Of a DNA stretch of 64,000 nucleotides, positions 40,498-52,737 are shown in pieces. How positions within the stretch are numbered: the stretch's first letter is position 1; each line of letters begins with the position of its first letter. A program made the position numbers and the translations under genes. This DNA comes from Octopus vulgaris (lineage: Eukaryota). Below the pieces are notes generated by a model. It saw only the letters and a program-made list of their open reading frames with translations, was not told the DNA's origin and did no database searches. The stretch is from positions 3,968,001 through 4,032,000 of the forward strand of contig OX597824.1 of NCBI GenBank assembly GCA_951406725.2, written 5' to 3'.

Positions 40498-41819
40498 CAC
40501 TACGGATGAAATTACTCAATGGATGAAGCCACTCCCTCAAAACGGTTGCAGCTCACCCAACAGGCTTCAACAGAATTTCCATAGATCCATGTTCACTCAC
40601 TTGGTATTTATCTATCCAGGGCTACAGCAGAAGACGTTTCCTAAAGCTCCAAGTGGTGGGACTGAACCCATAACCATCGTAATGTGAACTTGATAACCAT
40701 ACTGCTATGTATGCACCTCTGAAGGTTTTGTTTTATCACAGTTTCAGAGATGAACCATCAGAATGGTAGAATAAAGTTTTGCAAAGAACTGGAAAACTTG
40801 GTGGAGCATTGGTTAGAATGTCTAACTATTTGTATTTGTTCTGGCTCATTGAGTTCAAATCCTGCTTAATATACCTCCAATCTACAGGGGTCTCATTCAC
40901 TATGGAGTTATTGTGAAGGACTGGCATCAAGTCCACTGTGAAAAAATAGATTGCTTAAAAGAGCCCCTGAGTTCATGTGTTCATGAGAGCCCCTGGATGG
41001 ATGCCAAATGGATAAAGATAACATCATTTTGGCATTTAGTTATGTTCCTTTATGTTCTGGGCCAAACTTTTATTATTTTTTTATGGCATGTGTGTGGGCA
41101 ATTAGGGATCAGTAAAACGAGTACCGGTAATATACTCTGGTTTAAAATTGAACCAATGAAGAAGTTTCCAAGTGGTTGTTCAGCCAGCAAAAAATAGCAG
41201 TCAAATTCTCTAAACTAATACTCATGCCCAACCATTTTACAAATAAAGAAGGACACATTGAAACAAATGTGGTTTTGCATTTACAAAAAGATTAGGTGGT
41301 CATATGTGGAACGTCTTTGACCATATGTCATCTCAGTTGAGGTTGACCTGAGGCTAAACAACAACAGCTTGTTCCAACATAATTAATTATACGCCCCACC
41401 CTCAAGCATATATTTCTGACTTTGTTGCTGTGTAAGAAATAATTATGTCACAATTTGGTGAACATCTCATAATTGGTTTGATTACCATTAGTTTTGTTCC
41501 TCTGGCTCTTCCTTGATTGCTGCAAAGTTCATGGTTAAACCACAGAATATTTCACTCAGAGATGCAAAAGCTGCATCTCTTGAACTCTGCCAGCTGAAAT
41601 TCCTTCTTCTCTTTCTCCATCATTCCTCACATCTGACAGAGTCTACAAAGGAATGGCTACTTGATAGAAATAGCAGCGAAATTTCCCTCAGATTACACCC
41701 TAAACTTTTAAATATGGAAAAGGACAAATTACCTCACAAAGTCTTCTATGATCCTAAAAAGAGAAGATAGTCATGGCTGGAGTGCCTTTAAACATAGGTA
41801 TAATCAATCAGGTTTGAAA

Positions 41820-41859
<40 letters not shown>

Positions 41860-41869
41860 TAATAATAAT

Positions 41870-42078
41870 CATCATCATCATCATCGTTTAGCGTCCGCTT
41901 TCCATGCTAGCATGGGTTGGACGGTTCAACTGGGGTCTGGAAAGCCAGAAGGCTGCACCAGGCCCAGTTTGATCTGGCAATGTTTCTACAGCTGGATGCC
42001 CTTCCTAATGCCAACCACTCCATGAGTGTAGTGGGTGCTTTTTACATGCCACCAGCATAGGTGCCAGACGAGTCTGGC

Positions 42079-42080
<2 letters not shown>
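41870..42080 (-). mobile_element. RTE 3'UTR-derived repeat inserted in (AAT)n
   Basis: Tail homology, with (AAT)n on both sides. Confidence 0.8.
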
Positions 42081-42110
<30 letters not shown>

Positions 42111-42124
42111 CAATGATGATGATA

Positions 42125-42330
42125 ATCCTTTTTTACAAGGCCTGAAATTTGTGGGGAGGGGGATAGTCAATTACATTGACCCCAGTATTTGACTGGTACT
42201 TAATTTATTGACCCCAAAAAGATGAAAGGCAAAGCTGACCTCAGCAGAATTTGAACTCAGACCATAGTGACGGGTGAAATACTGCTAAGCATTTCGTCCA
42301 GTGCGCTAATGATTCTGCCAGCTCACTGTC
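42125..42330 (-). mobile_element. SINE family C
   Basis: Homologous to 7481-7712. Confidence 0.75.
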
Positions 42331-42730
42331 CTTGAAATATATAATAATGATAACATCTGACATATTCAACTCTTAAATCTTGGGTGCCACAGTTTTTGCA
42401 TAGTTTGTTTATTTGATTGATTGTTTGAGTTTCTGCTCTGGAATCTATTGAAGGTAGGAAGTGTATTTTTTTGCTTTGTTATTCATTAAAAAGGGTCAAG
42501 AAACAAGTGCCCCTATTGCAGCCTTGTAGGCACCAATTCTTGAGACGAGAAAATGATTAAGTAACATTTAAAATATAAAAATTAATTTAAAAAGTCCAAT
42601 AATAGAATTACATTCACATTAATTGGTACATGATAAAACAATTTATTTCAGATATTGAGTTTAAATATTGGTACAAGCTTCAAATGTGGGGAGCCAAGTT
42701 GATTAAATCATCCTCAGAAAAATATAATGA

Positions 42731-42764
<34 letters not shown>

Positions 42765-42814
42765 GGTGGTGGTGGTGGTGGTGGTGGTGGTGGTGGTGGT
42801 GGTGGTGGTGGTGA

Positions 42815-42891
<77 letters not shown>

Positions 42892-43174
42892 AGGCCTGAA
42901 ATCTCATGGTGTGAGGGGATTCCAGTCAATTACAATGACCCCAGGGCTTGACTGGTGAATGTTTAATTGACCGTGAAAGGATGAAAGGCAAAAACAGTTG
43001 CAGTTTATTCCAAACTTTTTGCCAATCCTCAGTGTAAAGAATTGTTTCTAAAAGCCATGAGTGAACTGCTGCTTTTTTTCTTCTTTTGATTCTGTAAATG
43101 TGTTCACAGGTGGTAGAGAGATTGAATTCAAAAAGGTAACCATTGAAAAATAACAGATCCTATGTGCTATAGAT

Positions 43175-43920
43175 CTTTCCTGCAATCAGACCTGGATACA
43201 ATGCAGCTATGGGTCTCTAATTAGCAACTCAAGCTGGCTTTGGACAAGTGTGTCACCTTGCATTTTGGGAGGAAAATCCAGCCTTTACATACTCTCTCTC
43301 AGCAATACCAATTTCAAGAAGTCTTCTAGCAGACTTGATCTGGACATTATTGTAAACCACGATCTGCGTTGGACAAACCACATCTCTAAGATTGTCAAGA
43401 AGGCTGAGTGGGTGCTAGCATCACTCAGTAAGACCTTTGACAGCTGATCTCCAGCAATCTATTTAAAATACGACAATGGTATGTCCACACTTGGAACTTG
43501 CATCACCAGTCTGGAACCCCTATCTTTCTCAGCATATAAATCTCCTGGAAACTGTCCAGAGACATGCAACAAAACGAATACCCGTCATCAGACATCTACC
43601 ATATTCTGAAAGCCTTGCTTCCCTGGGCATGGATACATTGACGCTCAGACTTCTGGCAACTGACTTGATTGACACCCACAAGATTATCCACCATCTTCCA
43701 ACAACAACCTTGGGCACCTTTTTGAACTCCATATGACAAACATTCGTAGACATGCTTATAAAATCAAAAAACAACCACAGCACCCATGACTTTCGGAAAC
43801 ACATTTTCATACTCGGAATTGCTGAAGCATGGAATAAACTACCCCCATCAGTTGTTAGCTGTTTAGACACAACATCCTTCAAAACTTCCATGCTTCCTGA
43901 TATCCACCAACAGTACACGT
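43175..43920 (+). mobile_element. Decayed CR1/L2-type LINE 3' fragment
   Basis: Broken frames DLDTMQLWV..KLALDKC, DLRWTNHISKIVKKA, PHLELASPVWNPYL..LLETVQRHATKRIP, WNKLPPSVV. Confidence 0.8.
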
Positions 43921-44588
43921 GGTGGCCTTTTTTTTGTAGTTGTAGTGCACCTGATCACTGTATACAACAATTTCCTTCATCATTATATATATGTACATAC
44001 TTACATATATGTATATGTGTGTGTATGCGTTTGTGTGTTAACTTTCTGTGCAACATTTTATTGTTGTTAGTCAACGTAATGTCAGACACCTCACTTCTGT
44101 TCCCACTCAGTGCTACCCCCACACAGTACTCAATATTTGGTGCCAGACTTTCTCTCTTTTCTATCCATTTCTCTATCCTTCTCCTCTCTCCTCTTGTGCT
44201 CGAAACCTTCCCCATCTGGGGTGTGGTTCGCCAGACCCCAGTCAAATCGTCCAACCCATGCTAGCATGGAAAGCGGACGTTAAACAATGATGATGATGAT
44301 AGGCATATACATATATTTATATATGCACTTATATATACATGTGCATATTTTAATTTTTTTTTATTTCATCTAGTTTCAGCTCACGAGATAGTGTTAGTTG
44401 AAGACTACCAAACCTGCCATACACAGACAACTTCAACTTTATATATGTATATAGATATATATATTGAATAGTACTGCCCAGGTGTCGAAACCATAGTGAT
44501 ATCTGTGGTGCAGCTGATGATGGAGTTATGTTGAATTGTTGGTATGGCTGTTTTTGTATATGTGGAATAGTATTATAACACATTCTTT

Positions 44589-44627
<39 letters not shown>

Positions 44628-44672
44628 TAGTTTTAGAAATAGAACCATCCTCAACTTAATCCACATTGAAAG

Positions 44673-46484
44673 ATGATATTATACCCAACCAACCCATCAA
44701 ATATTAAATATAGATATACTTTCACATCCCCTCTGGGGCACATGCAAATCACAAACCCAGAAGTTTTCTTTGATGCCACAACACTCCAAAACCAAACAAC
44801 AACCATCGACCACATAGACATAACAGAGAGGGATGTAATATCTGCCATAGAAGAAATGAGAATAAACTCAGCTGCTGGACCAGATGGATTCTCAGCAGTC
44901 CTCCTAAAAACATGCAGGCATGCCCTAGCGGGACCACTGAAGAAGCTCTTCAGTGGTTCCTTGGCTAACGGTAAACTGCCCAGGGCGCTAAAAGAAGGCA
45001 CCATATGCCCTATCCACAAAGGAGGGAGTAGAGCAGAGGCCAAAAACTACAGGCCAGTCTCCCTGATGTCACTCATAAGTAAGGTCATGGAACGAATCAT
45101 CAGAAAAAAACTGATCACGTTCCTCGAAGAAACTAACCGTCTCACTGACACACAGCATGGCTTTCGCCCAGGAAGAAGCTGCCTTACGCAGCTGTTACAA
45201 CACTACGACTGGGTACTGAAACAACTACTGGATCGCTCACAGGTGGATGTGGTATATCTCGACTTTGCGAAGGCCTTTGACAAAGTCGACCACGGAGTGA
45301 TATGTCACAAATTACTCAGACTCGGCATAACAGGAAAAGTAGGTGAGTGGATACATGACTTCCTGAAGGACAGAAGCCAGATGGTTGCAGCCAATGGAGC
45401 CCTCTCGGGAAAGACACCAATGGCAAGTGGGGTGCCACAGGGCACAGTCTTGGGACCCTTGCTGTTTTTGGTGGCGCTCTCTGACATGCCCTTGGTAGCA
45501 CAAACAACATCCCTCACTAGCTATGCTGATGACACAAAGGTAGCACAGGCAATCAAAAACCCAGCTGATGCTGACCTTTTACAACAAGATCTGGATGCCA
45601 TATACAAATGGGCTGAAGACAACAACATGCAATTTAATGCTGGTAAATTTCAAGCCTTACAATATCAAGCTGTAAACACATATACATTACAACACAACTA
45701 TACTGGTCCAGGAGGGATCGAAATCCCAGTATCGAAATCAATACGGGACCTGGGGATAGACATGAGTGACGATGCATCTTTTTCTTCACACATCGCGAAG
45801 GTGGCGACAATGTGCAGACGACTCACTGGCTGGATCCTGAGGACATTCCGGACAAGAGACTGCGAGACCATGTTGACACTATGGAGGACATTTGTCCTAA
45901 GCCGCCTGGACTACTGCTCCCAACTGTGGTCACCGCATAGTGTCAAACTAACCACAGAGCTTGAGACAATCCAAAGACATTTCACCAAGAGGATTTCCAC
46001 CATGAAAGAAAAGAACTATTGGGAGAGGCTTAGGGAACTCAATTTGTACTCCTTGGAACGAAGACGAGAGAGATATGCAGTGATATACATATGGAAAATC
46101 CTGGAGGGACTAGCACCAAATTTTGGAATTGAGAGCTGTTCCAATCCCCGTACAGGACGTCACTGTGTGGTGCCAAAGGTCCCGTCTTCCACATCCAGGG
46201 TAAGGAGCAGATACTGTAATAGCCTGGGGTTCAGGGGCCCTCAGCTGTTCAACAAACTGCCAAGAAAACTAAGAGATCTACATGATGCGGATGTGGACAT
46301 TTTCAAAAAACATCTAGACAAGCTGCTTTCCGGGATCCCAGATGAACCCACTGCAAGGTACGAAGGTAACCTAAGGGCAGCAGCTACAAACTCTCTCTTA
46401 GATCAGTGGCCACCACGGCAAACTGGACTTAGAGAGGGTAGCAACAAGGGCGGTGCCCCAGCATGGCCTCAGCCGGATGGCTGA
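44673..46484 (+). CDS. Non-LTR retrotransposon reverse transcriptase (ORF2 fragment, CR1/L2 group)
   Basis: Motifs AGPDG, NYRPVSL, QHGFRPGRSC, YLDFAKAFDKVDH, SGVPQGTVLGPLLF, YADD, RDLG. The first approximately 13 codons derive from flanking repeat, so the start is not genuine. Confidence 0.9.
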   Translation: MILYPTNPSNIKYRYTFTSPLGHMQITNPEVFFDATTLQNQTTTIDHIDITERDVISAIEEMRINSAAGPDGFSAVLLKTCRHALAGPLKKLFSGSLANGKLPRALKEGTICPIHKGGSRAEAKNYRPVSLMSLISKVMERIIRKKLITFLEETNRLTDTQHGFRPGRSCLTQLLQHYDWVLKQLLDRSQVDVVYLDFAKAFDKVDHGVICHKLLRLGITGKVGEWIHDFLKDRSQMVAANGALSGKTPMASGVPQGTVLGPLLFLVALSDMPLVAQTTSLTSYADDTKVAQAIKNPADADLLQQDLDAIYKWAEDNNMQFNAGKFQALQYQAVNTYTLQHNYTGPGGIEIPVSKSIRDLGIDMSDDASFSSHIAKVATMCRRLTGWILRTFRTRDCETMLTLWRTFVLSRLDYCSQLWSPHSVKLTTELETIQRHFTKRISTMKEKNYWERLRELNLYSLERRRERYAVIYIWKILEGLAPNFGIESCSNPRTGRHCVVPKVPSSTSRVRSRYCNSLGFRGPQLFNKLPRKLRDLHDADVDIFKKHLDKLLSGIPDEPTARYEGNLRAAATNSLLDQWPPRQTGLREGSNKGGAPAWPQPDG

Positions 46485-46506
46485 AACAAGTAAAAGAGTA
46501 AAAGAG
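44713..46506 (+). mobile_element. 5'-truncated CR1-type LINE with intact RT and 8-nt terminal repeat
   Basis: Uninterrupted ORF to 46484. Tail stem-loop TCAGCC-ggat-GGCTGA followed by (GTAAAAGA)2. No endonuclease domain present. Confidence 0.9.
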
Positions 46507-46678
46507 TTTATATATATATATATATAGTTACATATGTGTTTATATACATACATACACATATTGAACAAAATTCAAATTTTGTGTTTGAAGCTGCTTAATA
46601 TTGGTAATGTCCCTATATGTGTGAGTGTACATATGTGTATGTATGTATGTGTTTGTATATATATATATATATATATAT

Positions 46679-46714
<36 letters not shown>

Positions 46715-47246
46715 AGAGCTTTTATTGGTCAGTGCACTGATCACCCAATTAGTATATTGATTAAGCTGACAATTTTACTGTGGCTTAATTATATGTTTTA
46801 CTGACCACTGTTTGCTAATTAATTGTATCACATATTCTAACTGATCCTTGCAGAGTTTGATTTTATTATGTCAAACTTACTACTGACCCCTACATAATTA
46901 ATTTGATTATACACCAGTCTACTGACCACCAAAACTGCTTGTTAATTAATTATATTGATTACTATCCAGTGAATTAATTATATATTTTACTGATCATTGC
47001 ACAGTTAATTGATTATATCAGTGTTAGATAACCAATCTAGTCTAAATTAAACATATACATACATATATACATACATACTTACGTTCGTAAGTAAGTTCAT
47101 TTATCAATTCTAGGTAGAGGGCGCTCTCAACTGATTTGCTTTGTTTACACCTGTCTGCAGCAAGAGAAGCTTTCTTCATGACAAAATGTAGGGAATGGCT
47201 TTCTTACAGGCTTCAGTATGTCTGAAGCATATTTGGAATTGTAACA

Positions 47247-47278
<32 letters not shown>

Positions 47279-47702
47279 CTAGCAGTATTGCCTGGCATTG
47301 CTCGGGTTTGTTTTGACCCTTGGAAATTCTGAAAAGTAAAAATTCTGCATTATGTAGCTTGTTATTCTCTTTAAGTGAACATTTTTCTGGTTGAAATACA
47401 CCGAAAAATGGCGACACAGCAGTAAAAAAATCGTAAAAAATAGGGATTTTCATAGAAAAAAAGCACCTTTTTGACGTGGTGCCCCTGAGCACTGTATACA
47501 ATAATTTCATTATTATTTTTAAATAATTTTTGGTGTTAACATGGTCCGATTTGAATTTTTTCTTCTATGGAATGAAGAGCAAGTCTTTTTCTATCATACT
47601 CTCAATTTTGGTCAACTTGCGCCGCAGGGTCTCGGAGGAGATGGTGTTAGTTGAAGGCTACCAAACCTGCCATACACCGACAACTTCAGCTTTATAAAGA
47701 GA
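47279..47702 (-). mobile_element. Non-autonomous Helitron (same family as 27845-28238)
   Basis: Reverse-complement homology, TC start, CTAG end and 3' hairpin. An additional 5'-end fragment lies at about 44385-44455. Confidence 0.85.
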
Positions 47703-47848
47703 TATATATATATATTGAATAGTACTGCCCAGGTGTCGAAACCATAGTGATATCTGTGGTGCTGCTGAAGATGGAGTTATGTTGAATTGTTGGTATGGCT
47801 GTTTTTGTATATGTGGAATAGTATTATAACACATTCTTTTGATATATA

Positions 47849-48045
47849 TCATCATCATCATCATCATCGTTTAACGTCCATTCTCCATGCTAGCATGGGT
47901 TGGACGGTTCGACCGGGGATCTGGGAAGCCAGAAGGCTGCACCAGGCTCCAGTCTTATCTGGCAATGTTTCTACAGCTGGATGCCCTTCCTAACGCCAAC
48001 CACTCCGTGAGTGTAGTGGGTGCTTTTTACGTGCCACCTGCACGT
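47849..48045 (-). mobile_element. RTE 3'UTR-derived repeat inserted into a (TA)n tract
   Basis: Absent from the paralogous segment at 44591-44622, which is plain (TA)n. Confidence 0.85.
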
Positions 48046-48057
48046 AAAAATATATAT

Positions 48058-48264
48058 ATATATAAAAGTAGTTTTAGAGACAGAACCATCCTCAACTTAA
48101 TCCACATTGAAAGATGATATTATACCCAACCAAGCCATCAAATATTAAATATGATACTTACTATATCTGTTCAGATTTAATATCTTATGGCTTGGTCGGG
48201 TATAATATCTTTCAATGTTGATTAATTTGAGGGTGGTTATGTCACTAAGACTACTTTTATATAT
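48058..48264. mobile_element. MITE-like imperfect palindrome
   Basis: About 95-bp arms TATAAAAGTAGTTTTAG..ATATTAAAT and ATTTAATAT..CTAAGACTACTTTTATA. TA flanks. Confidence 0.6.
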
Positions 48265-48379
48265 ATGAATAAAATATTGAGAGAAGTTCACTTTAGTACC
48301 TTTAATTTTGAATGTCTCATTCCTGTGGATCCGGAATTAGTCTTCCCTAATAATTATAAGATATATATATATATATATA

Positions 48380-49035
48380 TCATCATTGTTTAACATTTGT
48401 TTTCCATGGTAGAGGGTTTGACTGAGGTCTGGAGAGCCAGCGGCTACACCAAGCTCCAATCTGATCTGGCAATGTTTCTACAACCAGATGCCCTTTCTAA
48501 TGCCAACCACTCCAAGAGTGCAGTGGGTGCTTTTTATGTGCCACCGGCACAGGAGCCAGTCAGGGGGCACTGGTCACAGCTACAATATTGGTTTTACTTG
48601 ATTCAACAGGTCTTCTAAAGCACATCATATCACACAATGCATCAGGAGAACCCTTAACTAAGCTGGACATGGGTGGCTGCGATCTCACTTTAGATGCTGG
48701 GTCTTCTCAATCACGGCATATCTCCGAAAGTCTTGATCTCCCGTCATTGCCTCTGTGAGGCCCAATGTTCGACGGTCATGCTTCACCACCTCATCCAATA
48801 TCTTCCTGAGCCTACCTCTTCCACAGGTTCCTTCCATAGTTAGGGAGTAACACTTCCTCACGCAGCTGTCCTCATCCATATATAATACATGACCATACCA
48901 ACCCAGTTGTCTCTCATGCACACCACATTTGATGCTTCTTATGTCCAACTTTTCTCTCAGGGCACTTACACTCTGTCCTGTGGGCACACTGATATTACAC
49001 ATCCAGCAGATCATACTACCTTCACCGCTTTCAAG
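48380..49035 (-). mobile_element. RTE LINE 3' fragment (ORF end plus 3'UTR)
   Basis: ORF 48685-49014 WMCNISV..LREKLDIRSIKCGV..WYGHV..GRGRLRK, followed by the tail. Confidence 0.8.
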
Positions 49036-50538
49036 CCTAAATATAAAGATATATATAAAGCATAGTTTAATGACTATTTACTAACAAACAATAGTCATGG
49101 GAATCGTTTGTTAGTACAGTTGTCACGGAACTATGTAGCTTCACTGTTTTTATGGTGGAATGCTTTTTGATTCATGACTAAGAACCACAACAAATCAGGC
49201 ATACACATGTATGTATATATATATATATATAGGGCTTTCAGTTGTAGAGACCATGCTAAATGAAGCTGGAGTTTGGCGCTGCTTGCCAGCTCTAATCAAA
49301 CTGTCCATCCCATACCAGCATGGACAATGGACGTTAAAGGATGATGATGGTATGAATATATTACATGTGTGTATGTATGCATTATTTGGTATTGTTTGTT
49401 GCTCAACTGAATAAAAGCAGCAACACGTTTTACTGATGATGCGATTCTCTACATTTATTGAAGCAAAAACATTGATGCTATTGTTTTGACTTGGAACATA
49501 TTGTTTTGCCTTCAGTCAGACTGGTTTTAAGAAATTGCTAAAATATTTGCTCTAGATCCCCCACAAGTTAAGAAGTGGACTTTTAAACCACAAAACCAAA
49601 CTTTTACCTATTGTATCTACATAGACATGCTCAGAGCCATACAAATTTATTCTTGCTATGAAATCCAGGCGATGAGGGCCTTTCCAGTAGCTTTGGATGA
49701 CGTTTGAACTCACAAGTTTCATATATTATTTAAAAGTTCATCAGGATTCTCTCGCCTCTGCTTCCCAATATACTGAGACCAAGCAGTGGAAGATAACTTG
49801 AGACTAAATCTAAACTTATGTGACTTGGTATATTTATTTATTCATAACCCGCCTCACTATTCGTACTTACGTAACAATTATATTACAGTTTATGACTTCT
49901 CAAACTGTTAAGAGATTAAACCAAAGTTGCTTGACCGTTCAACAGCTGAGTGATTGTTGGCTGGAATCACTGACCACTTCTCACCGCAATATTCCTACAG
50001 ATCACTTTCACCATTAATTGTTTAGTCTGTTAATATATCGTTTTTGAAAACCATTCTATGAATACACTCTCTCAACTTCATCGACCACCATATGCTGTTA
50101 ACTGATTAAATTTTACCTTATCAACCATTATCTTCATTCATTGACCGCATTAACTAATTATAATCTTAGTTTACTGACCATGTCACCATCACACTTACTG
50201 CTGCTGCTGCTGGCGATAATACCGCTACTACAACCTCTACCATTACAACCAGCAGCACCACCACCACCACTACTACCTCCACCATTACAAACATCACCAT
50301 CAATGCTACTGTTACTAGTAGCAGTATCACTTCTACCTCCATCAGTACTACTACCACCACCACTACTACTACTATTACTACTACTACTACTGCCATCAGT
50401 ATCATAGTTACCTCCATCACTACCACTACGACCTCCACTACTATCTCCACTGCTACCACCACCACCACAACTACCACTGCCAACTCTATTACTGGCCACA
50501 CCATCAACACCACTTCTAAGACAAGTCAAAGAAGAAGT

Positions 50539-51785
50539 CATGGTGTTGGTGATGTTGGCGGCTCTAGATGAAGATGGACCATGCTCTCACTATATCCACA
50601 GCACATTCCCTAGTCTGGGCAGCGAAAAGATAAAAGCTGAAGTATTTGATGGAAGATGGGAACCTGGTAAATTTGAAGTATTTGATGGAAGATGGGAACC
50701 TGGTAAATTCAAAGAACTGCATTGAAGCAGCCACATGGAACTCATTTGTAGAAGTTGTAAACGACTTTCTGGGCAACAAGAAAGCAGACACTTTACCGAA
50801 ATAATCAAGAAAATACTGGAGAACTTTCAAAAGTTAGGAGCAAATATAAAAATAAAGCTGCATTATCTCCTCAGTTATCTTGATAAATTCCCTGAAAATC
50901 TTGGCAACGTAAGTGATGAGCAGGGAAAACGTTTCCATCAGCACATAAAATTGATGCAAGAAAGGTATCAAGACAGGTGAGACGAGCATAAGGAGGTGAA
51001 TTATTGCTGGAACTTGGCTTGTGATTTTCCTGAGGTTCAACACAGATAAATATCATCCAAATTCATGGGAAATTATGCATCATCAATAATGTAATTTGCA
51101 GAAGTTTAAAATTTCTTTTGAGTTTTCCTGTAGAATTTTAAGAAAGCATTCTGGTTTTGAAGAAAGACCAATTCTTTTGTATGTTTGCATATTATGCCAT
51201 GTTCCTCAAAAACTGTTGTATTAAAATACACAATAGGCGTAGGAGTGGTTGTGTGGTAAATAGCTTGCTTACGAACAACATGTTTCCGGGTTCAGTCCCA
51301 CTGCATGGCACCTTGGGCAAGTGTCTTCTACTATAGCCTCGGGCCGACCAAAGACTTGTGAATGGATTTGGTAGCCGGAAACTGAAAGAAGCCCGTCGTA
51401 TATATGTATGTGTGTGTATATGTTTGTGTGTCTGTGTTTGTCCCCCCAACATCGCCTGACAACCGATGCTGGTGTGTTTACATCCCTGTAACTTAGTGGT
51501 TCGGCAAAAAGAGACCAATAGAATAAGTACTAGGCTTACAAAGAATAAGTCCTGGGGGTCGGTTTGCTCGACTAAAGGTGGTGCTCCAGCATGGCCACAG
51601 TCAAATGACTGAAACAAGTAAAAGAGTAAAAGAGAGAGAGTAATAAAATTCTCTGGATCCAGTATCTTAAAATCTTGATGTGATGGTGATAAATGGATGT
51701 CATTTTTGGATTTTGTGTCAAAAAACCAATTGTCCTGGTACAAATTTTTTGACAACAGCAAAAAATTTTCTTTTGTTGGCCTGTG
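50539..51785 (+). mobile_element. Decayed DNA transposon, Chapaev-3-like (transposase 3' part and right end)
   Basis: KLHYLLSYLDKFPENLGNVSDEQGKRFHQHIKLMQERYQ motif. Right end ..GTTGGCCTGTG|TAA. A 36-bp tandem duplication at 50638-50709. Superfamily assignment is from recalled motif only. Confidence 0.6.
51235..51640 (+). mobile_element. SINE family A (full length, nested in the DNA transposon)
   Basis: Complete head to (GTAAAAGA)n tail. Confidence 0.9.
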
Positions 51786-52596
51786 TAATTATGCTAACCG
51801 TACTAACCATAATACAGTTAATAATTGATCATGTTTAACCTGCTGTAAGAAAACATGCAATTTAAGAGGAAATGGTAAATTGAAAAGTAATTGCTTCTGC
51901 TATAATGTTGTGCATAAATGTGTACAGCCACTGTGACACAGTCCCACCCTGTCTGGGTACATATAAGCAGTATGGTCAATTTTAAGCAACATTTCCTGGC
52001 ACATCTGAGCTCTTTCTCTAATAGTGCTATGAAACACACTGCCCCACCTCGTCAGCCACATATATCCCCTCATGGCTGAAGGCATAACCTATCCTGGGCC
52101 ACAGTTAGTGGTAGAACTTCCTTTATAGGAAGTTGGCAAACATGTGAATTGTGTTGCCAAGAGCTGCTCATTGTAATATGCCACGATGACCTCTCCTTAC
52201 TAAATTACTTCTCTGACATAATTTTTATGAGTTGTCATAAGTTCCACAAAACCTTTTCTCATTTCCTAAAATCTTTATAATCCCTCTGAGAGAACAAACT
52301 TCCTCACCTTTTTTTAAAACAGTAATTCTCGCACATTTTTCCCCCCTACTCACCCTCTTACCAATGCTCTGTACTCCCCCCCTCTCTATCAGTGTTTGTC
52401 AGTTTTCTTACCTCTGTTTCTCATGTCTACTCCTTACCACTTCTCTACTGCTATTTTCCACACGTTGACAGACCGTTTTGTTTTTTGCTCAATCTTATAA
52501 TATACCTAACCTCTGTGTTCCTGGCTTTTGTCAGCTGAAGTCTTTAAAGTATCAATTCCACTTTAGCCACCTACTCAATATGTTTTTTGTCATATG

Positions 52597-52737
52597 CTTC
52601 TGATGACAGTGACTGGGTTCTGCTTAAAGGATCTTTAGAAACTTATGTTATTCTATTCACCTACGATATCATAGGTCTTTATTATGTATGAACATGATTA
52701 CAACACGTGTCAAGCATTTCCTGAAACAGCTGTCAAG
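52597..52737 (+). ncRNA. Hammerhead-like motif with long stem II insert
   Basis: CTT CTGATGA (52600-52606), then 116 nt, then GAAACAGCTGTC AAG. Palindromic stem III ACAGCTGT and GUC triplet. Confidence 0.5.

Noticed and set aside
49705-49752. Minus-strand CTGATGA..GAAACTTGTG
   Set aside because: G at the cleavage position and no stem II, so at best a dead remnant.
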